Below, in pieces: positions 50,150 to 60,679 of a stretch of DNA of 64,000 nucleotides. The notes beneath the pieces were generated by a model. It searched no databases. It saw only the letters and a program-made list of their open reading frames with translations, and was not told the origin of the DNA. Source of the stretch: Octopus sinensis (lineage: Eukaryota); the NCBI RefSeq assembly GCF_006345805.1, contig NC_043015.1, positions 40,362,001 to 40,426,000 of the forward strand, written 5' to 3'. A program made the translations under genes and the position numbers. How positions within the stretch are numbered: position 1 is the stretch's first letter; every line of letters begins with the position of its first letter.

Positions 50150-50575
50150 CATCATCATCATCATTTAACGTCCGCTTTCCATGCTAGCATGGGTTGGACG
50201 ATTTGACTGAGGTCTGGCGAACCAGACTCCAATCTTGATCTGGCTTGGTTTCTACAGCTGGATGCCCTTCCTAACGCCAACCACTCCGAGAGTATAGTGG
50301 GTACTTTTACGTGCCACCTGCACAGGAGCCAGTCCAGTGGCACTGGCGACGACCTCGCTCGAATGTTTCACGTGCCACCAGCCCAAGTGCTAGTAAGGCG
50401 ACACAGTAACGATCACGCCCGAATGGTGTGTTTAACATGCCATCGGCACGAAGGCCAGCTTGTTGCTCTGGCAACGATCTCACTCGTATGGTACTCTTAG
50501 CGCTCCACTAGCAACGGATGCCAGTCACTGAATTTGATTCCGACTTCGATTTCACTTACCTCAACTGGTCTTGAA
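50150..50575 (-). mobile_element. Retroposon family B
   Basis: catcatcatttaacgtccgctttccatgctagcatggg...ggatgcccttcctaacgccaaccactccgagag. Confidence 0.88.
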
Positions 50576-50622
50576 TGAATGAATGGTTGTTTGTGTTCAA
50601 CTCATGTCTGTCTGTGTGTGCA

Positions 50623-50658
<36 letters not shown>

Positions 50659-50891
50659 AAAACCCTGCTAACCACTGAATGGTAAGCGGGTGCAACAGAA
50701 CTCTTCAATGTTATCCCTGGTAACCTTGGAAAAGTCCAACAACAAACAGTACCACCTAATCTCAAAAATACAGAGCTTTAATTCATTAAGTCACTTGTAC
50801 GCAATTTACATAGAATATATATTATATATATATATTTTTTTTATATATAGATTTGTGTATTTTCGTCTTTATAATTATTCTTTTTAAAATC

Positions 50892-50897
50892 TTTATT
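50892..50897 (-). promoter_or_regulatory. Possible FNDC3 polyadenylation signal (AATAAA)
   Basis: Hexamer about 530 nt after the stop codon, in an AT-rich context; chance occurrence is plausible. Confidence 0.25.
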
Positions 50898-51424
50898 ATT
50901 AATAATAATAATAATAATTATAATAATAATAATAATAATATTTTCATATTGGATTTGATTTCATATATTTTTTTTCTTCTTTTTGCTTCCTTTTTTGCTT
51001 TTTGTATTTTTTTTAATCTTTTTTTTTTGTTTCTTTTTCAATATACATTATATGACAATTTGTTTGCCGGAAGTCAGTGTGGGTGGTGGTGGTGTGTGAG
51101 TAGGGGGGTGGGACTGGCTTTACAGATAAATGTGGGGTGGATGGGTGGGGAAGGGAAATGGGCGGGTCGGGTCGAGAGTAAAATGGTAATTTGACAGCAG
51201 TGAAGTCATCCAGCCGGTCAGGTTGACCAATGGCTTCAGCAGCAGCAGAGTGTCTTTAGACAGACAGAGAGAAATGACCGCACCCCCTCTGTCGCTGTCA
51301 CCTGTTGATAATGACAAGGAAGAGGGGGGAACGGTCAGTAGATCATTGATAATGGTGTTATGTACCAGTCTGGTCATTTTTGGACAGAATTAAAACAGAA
51401 GAACGTCAAAGAGTTGAACAGGGT

Positions 51425-51745
51425 TCAACCCTCTCCGGACAATATGTACTGGGTCAGCCAAGTGACCACAATGGCAAGGACTCCAAAACCAATGAGGAGA
51501 AGGAGAGATATCTGTTGGTCAGTCAAAGCTTTCGGTTTGGCCAGTTTCATCATGCTCGGCGGTCGAGACTCCACTGGTTTCACGGGCTCCGGAGCCAGGG
51601 TCGAGAAAAGGTTTCCAGAACTATAAGAGCCGGGAACATCAGGTAAACCATCAGCACAGATTCGGATGGCAGACACACGTATTTGGTAATCACATTTGGG
51701 TGTAAGGTTCTGTATACTGAAACTGGTTTCGGTGCCTCGGTAAAC
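51425..51745 (-). CDS. FNDC3: FNDC3 last coding exon: end of final FN3 repeat, linker and C-terminal transmembrane anchor
   Basis: Acceptor tttctcgttgcag|GTT; VYRGTETSFSIQNLTPKCDYQIRVSAIR...ALTDQQISLLLLIGFGVLAIVVTWLTQYILSGEG*. The LTDQQ-TM-QY ending resembles the FNDC3A/B tail anchor. Confidence 0.95.
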   Translation of the reverse strand, partial: VYRGTETSFSIQNLTPKCDYQIRVSAIRICADGLPDVPGSYSSGNLFSTLAPEPVKPVESRPPSMMKLAKPKALTDQQISLLLLIGFGVLAIVVTWLTQYILSGEG

Positions 51746-51996
51746 CTGCAACGAGAAAAAAAAAATGTCACATAGAAGGCAAGGATAATTAGACCAGCTA
51801 TTGTTATATCTTATACATATATATATATTTGTATTTTGGGACGGTCATTTTTTTTTGCCAACACACACACACACACACTATATATTTGTTCTTCACTCGT
51901 TTATTTGTTTTTATTTTAGTATTTTAATTCGTGTCCACTGTCCAAAAATTTTTCCTCACACATCTGTGACTTCTTCAGCGACACTTTGTTTTCATA

Positions 51997-52370
51997 TACT
52001 CTTTTACTTGTTTCAGTCATATGACTGTGGCCATACTGGAGCACCGCCTTTAGTCAAAGGAGTCAACCCCAGGACTTATTCTTTGTAAGTACTTATTCTA
52101 TCGGTCTCTTTTGCCAAACCATTAAGATACGGGGACGTAAACACACCAGCATCGGTTGTCAAGCGATGTTGGTACAAATAAACACACACACACATATATA
52201 TATATGTGACGGGCTTCTTTCAGTTTCCATCTACCAGATCCACTCACAAGGCTTTAGTCAGCCTGTGGCTATAGTAGAAGACATTTGCCCAAGGTACCAT
52301 GCACTGGGACTGAACCCGAACTATGTGGTTGGTAAGCAAGCTACTTACCACACAGCCACTCCTGCACCTA
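51997..52370 (-). mobile_element. SINE family A
   Basis: Matches the family consensus. Confidence 0.9.
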
Positions 52371-52384
52371 TTTATATATATATA

Positions 52385-52610
52385 TATAAATAAAAGAATG
52401 TTTCCTTCTTGAGCCATGCCAGGCTCATGAAGACCAATTTCCATGGCATGTATACCATTGCAGAGTTTACTCATTTTGGCCAGCTGAGTGAACTGGAACA
52501 ATGTGAAACAAAGTGTTTTTGTTCAAGAACACAACAGGTCGCCCAGTCCAGGAATCGAAACCACAATATTATGATAATGGTGCTGACACCACTAAACCAC
52601 GCGCATCCAC
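52385..52610 (-). mobile_element. SINE family F
   Basis: ttccttcttgagccatgcc...gttcaagaacacaac...ggaatcgaaaccac...aaaccacgcgca. Confidence 0.75.
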
Positions 52611-52614
52611 TATA

Positions 52615-52982
52615 CATATTCTTTTATTCGTTTGTCATTTGACTGTGGCCATGCTGGAGCACTGCCTTTAGTCGAACAAATCAACCCCAGGACTTATTCT
52701 TTGTGTGCCTAGTACTTATTCTATCGGTCTCTTTCACCGAACTGCAAAGTTACAAGGGCGTGAACACACTAGCTTCGGTTGTCAAGCGATGTTGGAGGTA
52801 CAAATACACACACACACGACGGGCTTCTTTTAGTTTCCGTCTACCAAATCCACTCACAAGGCTTTGGTCGACTCGAGGCTATAGTAGAAGACACTTGCCC
52901 AAGGTGCCATGCAGTGGGACTGAACTCGGAACCATGTGGTTGGTAAGCAAGCTACTTACCACACAGCCACTCCTGCGTCTCT
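52615..52982 (-). mobile_element. SINE family A
   Basis: Matches the family consensus. Confidence 0.9.
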
Positions 52983-53029
52983 ATATATATTGTAGGACAA
53001 TAATTGTAATTATAATTCTCATTAATGTC

Positions 53030-53062
<33 letters not shown>

Positions 53063-53614
53063 AATATGTGTACACACACACAGAGGGTGTTTAGGCTAAA
53101 CATGATGTTTTTATTTTCTGTTTCCCCTTTTCAGGAACAGGTCGATGTATAGATGAACAATGGCATTGAACATATGGCCAGCTGCAAGGGACACGACAGG
53201 TGTTCTGACTGTGTCTGCACACTAGAATTCATCATTACATCTTAGGCTTAATTTTGGCAGCTCTGTGAGGCTGCAGAAGATTGTGGTCAATCTAAAGAGC
53301 TGATCTAGCAGAACTGTTCACTGCACTGGCCAAAATAATACTCACAACCATTTTTGCTGGGACAGGGGGTTGACCTTATCTTTCATCTATTTAGAACCAA
53401 TAAAATACATACAGGTAGAACACAGGTGTTGATGTAATTGACAAGTTCCCCTCTCCTATATTTCAGGCATTCTACTTATAGCTGAAAAAAAATTATTTTT
53501 TATAATCATTAAAATTTCATATTTATCAGTCCAAGTGTCATGGTACCACGACACTCAAAGATGTCAATAACAGGTGGTCCTCACCAATATAATGCCAAAA
53601 CTAAATATTCTTAC

Positions 53615-53748
53615 CGATTTGTATTCATGTTCTCCTCTAGTGATACACAGAATCTGTAATTGGTAGATGACACTATCGGCACCCATAGACTTGCAGCCTT
53701 GCCATTCCACCTGACAGCTGTTTACTGTGATTTCACTGACTTTTGGGG
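53615..53748 (-). CDS. FNDC3: FNDC3 coding exon (A-PKVSEITVNSCQVEWQGCKSMGADSVIYQLQILCITRGEHEYKS)
   Basis: Acceptor ttatttttcag, donor TCG|gtaaga, 134 nt, phase 1/0, in frame with both neighbours. Confidence 0.95.
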
Positions 53749-53921
53749 CTGAAAAATAAATAAATAAATTAGAGACATGTGGGTCATAGCTCCATACAGT
53801 TTGTACATGTGTTATGTATATATATATAAACACATGTATATGTTTATATATATATATACACACACTAATATATTTGTTTAAAAATGCACATAAGCACACA
53901 CATACATGTATTTGTGTATTT

Positions 53922-54297
53922 AGTGGAGGTGCAATGGCCCAGTGGTTAGGGCAGCGGTCGTAGGGTCGCGGTTTTGATTCCCAGACCGGGCGTTGAGTGA
54001 TTATTGAGCGAAAACACCTAAAAGCTCCACAAGGCTCCGGCAGGGGATGGTGGTGATCCCTGCTGTACTCTTTCACCACAACTTTCTCTCACTCTTACTT
54101 CCTGTTTCTGTTGTACCTGTATTTCAAAGGGCCGGCCTTGTCACTCTCTGTGTCACGCTGAATATCCCCGAGAACTACCTTAAGGGTGCACGTGTCTGTG
54201 GAATGCTCAGCCACTTACACGTTAATTTCACGAGCAGGCTGTTCTGTTGATCGGATCAACCGGAACCCTCGTCGTCGTAACCGACGGAGTGCTTCCA
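53922..54297 (+). mobile_element. tRNA-derived SINE family G
   Basis: ggaggtgcaatggcccagtggttagggcagcgg (A box), ggttttgattccc (B box) and a ~300-bp body. Only one copy in this window. Confidence 0.7.
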
Positions 54298-54444
54298 TAC
54301 ATTTGTGTATTTGCATATATATTATAAAAACCTTTTTTTTTCATCCTTTCACTTCTTCCTTTCCTTTTCTTTTCGGTCACTCTCTACCTTTCTGATTTAT
54401 TGTTTGTTTAATCAATTATGGATCTGCTTTTTATTTCTCTTTAC

Positions 54445-54772
54445 TGGCACGTAAAAAGCACCATCCGAATCGTGGCCGATGCCAGCGCAGCCTCGACTGG
54501 CTTCCGTGCCGGTGGCACGTAAAATGCACCAACTACACTCACGGAGTGGTTGGCGTTGGGAAGGGAATCCAGCTGTAGAAACACTGCCAGATCAGACTGG
54601 AGCCTGGTGCAGCCTCCTGGCTTCTCAGGTTGGTGTCAGGAAGGGCATCCAGCTGTAGAAACACTGCCAGATCAGACTGGAGCCTGGTGCAGCCTCCTGA
54701 TTTCCCAGACCCCAGTCGAACCGTCCAACCTATGCTAGCATGGAGAACGGACGTTAAACAATGATGATGATA
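54445..54772 (+). mobile_element. Retroposon family B with internal ~75-bp duplication
   Basis: ccagctgtagaaacactgccagatcagactggagcctggtgcagcctcctg occurs twice; gatgatga tail. Confidence 0.88.
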
Positions 54773-54952
54773 CCCCTGCTACCCCTCCTTTCTCCCCCCT
54801 TCACCTTTTTCTGCTTCATTTCTGTTTTAAGACAGGTTCTTTCCTGCCTCTAACCATCACAACAACAGCTTTATTATATAAAGAGTAAATTTTGAAATGT
54901 TTCACTGAAGAAGATAGTTATTGATATATATTTTTGTGTGTGTGTGTGTGTT

Positions 54953-55235
54953 TATCATCATCGTATAATGTTTGTTGTCCACGCTGGCATGGGTTGAATG
55001 GTTTGACCAGGGCTGGCAAGCTGGAAGGCTGCACCAGACTCCAGTCTGATTTGGCATGGTTTTCTACGCTCTTCCTAACGCCAACCACTCTGAGAGTGTA
55101 ATGGGTGCCTTTACGTGCCGTTTGCGTGACACCAGTATCTGCCATGACTGACTTTACTTGGCTTGATGGATCTTCTTATCAAACAAGACACAATGGCAAA
55201 GGTTTCAGTCATTGCTTCCGAGAGGCCCAACACCT
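54953..55235 (-). mobile_element. Retroposon family B, inverted relative to the 54445 copy
   Basis: catcatcgt...gctggcatgggttgaatggtttgac...ttcctaacgccaaccactctgagagtg. Confidence 0.82.
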
Positions 55236-55478
55236 GAAAGGAACATGTGTGTAGCTGGGTGTGTGTGTGTGTGTGTAAATAGGGGTGGTGTGGGTGTGCA
55301 TGTGAGTGTATCATCTTACATAATTATTAGAAACAGGTGTATTCTAAGATGTGTGTGTGTGTGAGCAAATGTATAAGCATGTGAGTGACAGTTGTTCATT
55401 GTGTGAGAGAATTCTATATTTAAGAGATGAGGAATTATTTACATTTGACAGATATTTGTCCTCATCTTGTTTGTTGTT

Positions 55479-55524
55479 AACACAACGTTTTGGCTGATAT
55501 ACCCTCCAGCCTTCATCAGGTGTC
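55479..55524 (-). ncRNA. Minimal hammerhead motif, left arm (G12-to-A, probably inactive)
   Basis: Minus strand GACAC CTGATGA A GGCTG gagggtatat CAGCC AAAA CGTT GTGTT. Confidence 0.6.
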
Positions 55525-55594
55525 TTGGGGGAAATTTCGAACCTGGGTTCTCATTCCTAAGGTATTTTTCGATGTCATTATTATTATTATTATT

Positions 55595-55671
55595 CAGGTC
55601 ACTGCCTGGAATCGAACTCGGAATCTCGGGCTTAGTAGCCCGCGCTCTTAACCACTACGCCATATACCGTG
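55595..55671 (-). pseudogene. tRNA-like Pol III head forming the loop of element H
   Basis: Minus strand ggtatatggcgtagtggttaagagcgcgggctactaagcccgagattccgagttcgattccaggcagtgacc: A box TGGCGTAGTGG, B box GAGTTCGATTCC, anticodon-arm-like stem CGGGC/GCCCG. The acceptor stem is poor. Confidence 0.7.
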
Positions 55672-55737
55672 AATAATAATAATAATAACATCGAGAAATA
55701 ACTTAGGAATGAGGACCCAGGTTCAAAATTTCCCCTG

Positions 55738-55783
55738 GACACCTGATGAAGGCTGGAGGGTATATCAGCTGAAATGTTGTGTT
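55738..55783 (+). ncRNA. Minimal type I hammerhead ribozyme motif (Penelope-like), right arm
   Basis: Stem I GACAC/GTGTT, core CTGATGA, extra A, stem II GGCTG/CAGCT, GAAA, then TGTT. The element consensus is CGTT, giving the palindrome AACGTT and a GUU cleavage triplet. Confidence 0.7.
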
Positions 55784-56148
55784 AACAACAAACAAGATGA
55801 GGACAAATATCTGTCAAGTGTGTGTGTATTTCCGTATGTATTCCATGGAATCCAATATAATCTTTGGAGTTCTTATGTAAACTGGTAAGAAATTGTATTT
55901 CTGCTACTAAGCCATACTTACCCAAAAGTGACACTTGTATATATATATACACACATCCATCAATACCTAGATTAACAGAGCCTCTCTCACACACACACAT
56001 GCAAAGTTTTACATCCAGTTTTCAATCCTGGTATGGGTTGGATGATTGAGCACAAGGGCCAAGGTACGGTAAGATCCATCCGACTCATGTCGGCATTGAA
56101 AAAACATACATGGGAGAGAGAAAAGAAAGAAAAAGAGAAGTGGCTTAC

Positions 56149-56315
56149 CTCTGAGTGGTGGTGGTGGAGCTTTGGTTGTGCTGAACTTGTAGAGGTTGGA
56201 GTATTCACCACAACCGGCATCGTTGATGGCAAAAATCCGGAAATCATAGGAAGTTAGTTCAGAGAGTCTGTTTACCTTGTAGGCATGGGCTGAACCATAG
56301 TAGACAGTCTGGAAA
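56149..56315 (-). CDS. FNDC3: FNDC3 coding exon (FQTVYYGSAHAYKVNRLSELTSYDFRIFAINDAGCGEYSNLYKFSTTKAPPPPLR)
   Basis: Acceptor ttctttctttccag, donor G|gtaagc, 167 nt, phase 2/1; FN3 motifs Y.V..L...T.Y.FRI.A.N..G.G. Confidence 0.96.
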
Positions 56316-56558
56316 CTGGAAAGAAAGAAGGAAGAATGCTTGGTAGAAATATATGTGTGTGTGTGTGTGTGTGCACGTGTAGGTCTTTGCAAGGAAAATG
56401 ACAGTAACTTTGAAGTGTTTACCTACTTAATGATGGCTAGTAAGCTGAAATTTTAAAGTTGTTGTCAACTTTTGCCTAACAAAATGTATGCCTATCTATA
56501 TCTCTCTCTCTCTATATATATATACACACATACACACACACACACACACATATATGTA

Positions 56559-56817
56559 CAGTGGTGGACTGGGTCTAAAAATATTGGTTGCCAGGAGACT
56601 AAGGGAGGGGCCCACCCGCAACTACAATGCTACCAATAAATTTATTTTTTTTTAAAGTATTCTTTTCAAGTGTCTACAAACAAAGCAAGGCTGAAATAAT
56701 TAATATGTTCTTCCAGGAGTAAATAAAAAATTTTCAAATTTGAGATATTAACATGGGCCCCCATATATGGATTTAATGGCCCAGTTGCCATTGGGCAAGC
56801 CGGCCAGTGTGTTACTG
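56559..56817. mobile_element. Possible hAT-like MITE
   Basis: cagtggtggactgg at the left, ccagtgtgttactg at the right; TIR degenerate and no 8-bp TSD visible. Confidence 0.3.
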
Positions 56818-56845
56818 CACACACACACAAACAAACAAACAAATA

Positions 56846-57475
56846 ATACAGTTCTATATTTAAGAGATGAGGAATTATACTCTTTTACTTGTTTCAGTCA
56901 TTTGACTGCGGCCATGCTGGAGCACCGCCTTTAGTTGAGCAAATCGACCCCGGGACTTATTCTTTTGTAAGCCCAGTACTTATAATATCGTTCTCTTTTG
57001 CCGAACCGCTAAGTTACGGGAACGTAAACACACAAGCATCGGTTGTCAAGCAATGCATGGAGGACAAACACAGATACACACGCATATATATATATATATA
57101 TATACATACATATATACGACGGGCTTCTTTCAGTTTCCGTCTACCAAATCCACTCACAAGGCATTGGTCGGCCCAGGTCTATAGCAGAAGACACTTGCCC
57201 AAGATGCCACGCAGTGGGACTGAACCCGGAACCATGTGGTTGGTTAGCAAGCTACTTACCACACAGCCACTCCTGCGCCCTAATTATTTACAATTGACGG
57301 ATATTTGTCTTCATCTTGTTTGTTGTTAAGGCATACCTTAAGAATGGGAACCCAGGTTAGAAATTTCCCCAAGACACCCGATGAAGGCCGGATGGTACAT
57401 CAGCTGAAACGTTGTGTTAACAACAAACAAGATGAGGACAAATACCCATCAAATGTAAATAATTAAATAATGTAT
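56846..57475. mobile_element. Second element H copy (left hammerhead and tRNA core deleted), interrupted by SINE A
   Basis: Left terminus atacagttctatatttaagagatgaggaattat, deletion junction at 57329/57330, and a right arm with a hammerhead motif at 57373-57418 (U4-to-C). Confidence 0.85.
56879..57281 (-). mobile_element. SINE family A with AATTAT target-site duplication
   Basis: AATTAT at 56873-56878 and 57282-57287. Confidence 0.93.
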
Positions 57476-57929
57476 ATATCTGATTAGCACATTCGGATTA
57501 CTCTGTCAAACATAATCCTTATTTATTCCGATTGTTTTGAATTAATCCTGCATTATCTCATAGCATTGAGATTTTGATGATGTGATTGTTTGCTTTTGCA
57601 ATGGCATTGTAGGGTAGGTGAGAGAGGTCAGATCCGGCTGGTTTGAACACCAAACAAGTAGAATATTTGGGCTGGATAAGGGGGCTGGTTTAAATGCTGA
57701 AGGGGTATGGTACTCCTCTGGAAGACATTGAGGGAGCCTTCAGTTTAAGGTTTGTTTTATATTTCACTGTATAAGGTTATAAAAATAAAGCAAAACTGAA
57801 TTTAATATAAAATTTATTTCGACTGGGACTTCTAAGTTTATCTAGAATGGTTGAATAATACACATCTATGCGTAGAAACACAACACATCAATACAAGAAC
57901 TCCATTCAAAAGTGGTGGGTGGTACTTAC

Positions 57930-58130
57930 TGTTTATCGTCCCTGTTAATCTCCAGCTGGTACTGGATCAAATCAGGGTTGCGGCCATCGCCCCACTTTAG
58001 TTTAAGGCTGTTCGGGGCTGCACTGACACACTCGAGGGAGGGTGGTGCAGGGGGCAGGGATTTCGTTATCACCTTGATGGCAAAACTGAAGGCACCGGGC
58101 CCGATTGCATTGACAGCTTGGATTCTAATT
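57930..58130 (-). CDS. FNDC3: FNDC3 coding exon (IRIQAVNAIGPGAFSFAIKVITKSLPPAPPSLECVSAAPNSLKLKWGDGRNPDLIQYQLEINRDDK)
   Basis: Acceptor tcgtctatttcag, donor CA|gtaagt, 201 nt, phase 2/2. Confidence 0.96.
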
Positions 58131-58623
58131 CTGAAATAGACGAAGAAAACAGTCGTGGTTTCAAATCATGGAGAAGGTAGTGACAAGAGAGGGAAGAAGA
58201 TGAAATGGTCGGAAGGAAGTGTAATGATAAAAGAGAAGCTATGAAAGATGGGAAAAGGTAGAGGTTGTAGTTAGTGCGACATCACTTGCCTGTACACAAG
58301 TCAGGTGACATATGTTACCAGACTTTGTTAACAGGTAAGTGATATCATGAAAGAAAAAGAGAGGTAGTGTGACATTACTTATTGTGCATTTTATCAGAAG
58401 AGAAAGAGAGAGAGAAAGACTGTGGTGTGACATCAGTTACCTGTATGGATTTTAGATGACAAGTGTCAAGGAGAGAGAGTAGGGAGTGCTCACCTGTACA
58501 ACGTTAAATGACAGGTGTCCAGGAGAGAGATGAGAGAAAGACTGTAGTGTAACCATACTTACCTGTGCATTATTAAGTGAGAGAGAGAGAGAGAGAAAGG
58601 TGTGGTTGATTGGCATTACTCAC

Positions 58624-58877
58624 CTGTACACAGTGTCAGGTGAAAGATGTTCAAGCCTGTATTCTGTAGCATCAGTAATATTTATCAGCTGTTTGTCGCC
58701 TGTGTCTATGTTGTAGGAGAGTATCTCACTGCCATTGTTGTGGGGTTCTTCCCACTTCAACAGGGCATCCGTTGCTGTCGTCTGCACCTTGCAGTGCACC
58801 ACAGCTGCAGGACTAGAAGGTTGTGTTTGGCACCGACACACTGAACTGAAAGGACCGGCCCCAGCACTGTTTATGGC
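58624..58877 (-). CDS. FNDC3: FNDC3 coding exon (AINSAGAGPFSSVCRCQTQPSSPAAV...WEEPHNNGSEILSYNID...YRLEHLSPDTVY)
   Basis: Acceptor gtttccgttgcag, donor AG|gtgagt, 254 nt, phase 0/2. Confidence 0.96.
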
Positions 58878-58919
58878 CTGCAACGGAAACAGCAACAATA
58901 ATATTTTTTTTTCTATATT

Positions 58920-60290
58920 TCTTTATTGCCCACAGGGGGGCTAAACATAGCGGGGGGGGGGGAGTGACAAACAAGGACAGACAAAGGGATTAAGTCAATT
59001 ACATCGACCCCAGTGCGTAACTGGTACTTATTTAATCGACCCCGAAAGGATGAAATCAAAGTCGACCTCGGTAGAATTTGAACTCAGAACGTAAAGAAAG
59101 ACGAAATACCCATTTCTTTACTACCCACAAGGGGCTAAACACAGAGAGGACAAACAAACGGACTAAGTCGATTATATCGACCCCAGTGCGAAACTGGTAA
59201 TAATTTAATTGACCCCAAAAGGATGAAAGGCAAAGTCGACCTCGGCGGAATTTGAACTCAGAACATAGTGGCAGACGAAATACCTGTTTCTTTACTACCC
59301 ACAAGGGGCTAAACACAGAGGGGACAAACAAGGACAGACAAATGGACTAAGTCGATTACATCGACTCCAGTGTAAAACTGGTACTAATTTAATTGGCCCC
59401 GAAAGGATGAAAGGCAAAGTCGACCTTGGTATAATTTGAACTGTGCGAAACTGGTACTAATTTAATCGGCCCCGAAAGGATGAAAGGCAAAGTCGACCTT
59501 CATAGAATTTGAACTCAGAACGTAGCGGCAGATGAAATACCGTCTAAGCATTTTACCCAGCATGCTAACAATTCTGCCAGCTTGCCACCCTAAAATAATG
59601 ATATTAATCCTTACTACTATAGGCGGAAGGCCTGAAATTTGGAGGAGAGGGATAGTAAAGTACATTGACCCCAGTGCATAACTGGTACTTATTTTATTGA
59701 CCCTGAAAGGATGAAAGGCAAAAATCAACCTCAGCGGAGTTTGAACTCAGAACATAGCAACGGGCGAAATACTGCGAAGCATTTCATCCAATATGCTAAC
59801 GAGTCTGCCTTAATAATAATAATAATAATAATAATGATTTCTTTTATTGGCCACAAGGTGATGAAGCAGGTCCTCATGACGGACTTGGAATATTGGTTTC
59901 AAATTTTGACACAAGGGCAGCAAGTTCGGAGCGGGGGTGGGGTGGATAAGTTGATTACATTGACCTCAGTACTTGACTGGTACTTCTTTGATCAACCCCG
60001 AAAGGATGAAAGATAAAGTTGACTTCAGGGGAATTTGAACTGCGGATGATGTAAAGGCAGACAAAATACCAGTAATTATTTTATCCACTGTGCTAATGAT
60101 TCTGTCAGCCCAATGCCTTACATAGACTGGATAATAACAACAACAAGTTTTGAGGGCGGGGGGGGGGATTAGTTGATTACAATTGGCCTCCAGTACTTGA
60201 TTCGTCACTTATTTTATTAACCCCAAACAGATGAAAGGCAAACTTGACGACATTGGTGGGGTTTGAACTCACAACGTAAAGATTCGGAGC
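58920..60290 (-). mobile_element. Head-to-tail array of about 7 complete or partial SINE family C copies
   Basis: cccgaaaggatgaaaggcaaagtcgacctcggcggaatttgaactcagaac recurs throughout. Confidence 0.9.
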
Positions 60291-60604
60291 ACTGAAAATA
60301 AATCAGTCTCGACTGCCCCAGGAGAATAAAAGACAAAAAGATTGACTTTGGCCAAGGAACAAGGGCAAACATTTCGTGGGGTTGGATAGGTAAATGGAAC
60401 AGTTGATTATATGAACAATTAATAGTGATTATAATTAGTTGTTAATTAGGCATGAAACCATAGTTTAAGACGATGACTGAAATAGGAAGTTGTAATGTTG
60501 ATACTTTGGAATAAAAATAAAATAAAAGTGCTCTAGAGTGTAGCCAGTTGCGAAAGTGTTCAACAATGTAACCTGTTATGAACATCTCATCAAAGTGAAC
60601 TTAC

Positions 60605-60679
60605 CGAAACTTTAAAGCTATAATTGGTCGCAGGAAGAAGGTTTTTGATTTCATATTTTCGTTGGGGTCCAACGTAAAG
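60605..60679 (-). CDS. FNDC3: FNDC3 coding exon (LYVGPQRKYEIKNLLPATNYSFKVS)
   Basis: Acceptor ttttatcattttcag, donor TCG|gtaagt, 75 nt, phase 0/0. Confidence 0.94.

Larger units (their letters stand above)
55411..55817. mobile_element. Fold-back element H: ~150-bp inverted arms, each with a hammerhead motif, around a tRNA-like core
   Basis: Arms 55445-55594 and 55672-55817 are complementary (roughly 90% by eye); the 77-nt loop is tRNA-like. Confidence 0.92.

Noticed and set aside
51120-51424. Possible stop read-through or downstream ORF in the FNDC3 3' UTR
   Set aside because: The stop context is TGA-A rather than the leaky TGA-CTA, another in-frame stop follows after 16 codons, and ORF 51120-51377 has no recognisable features.
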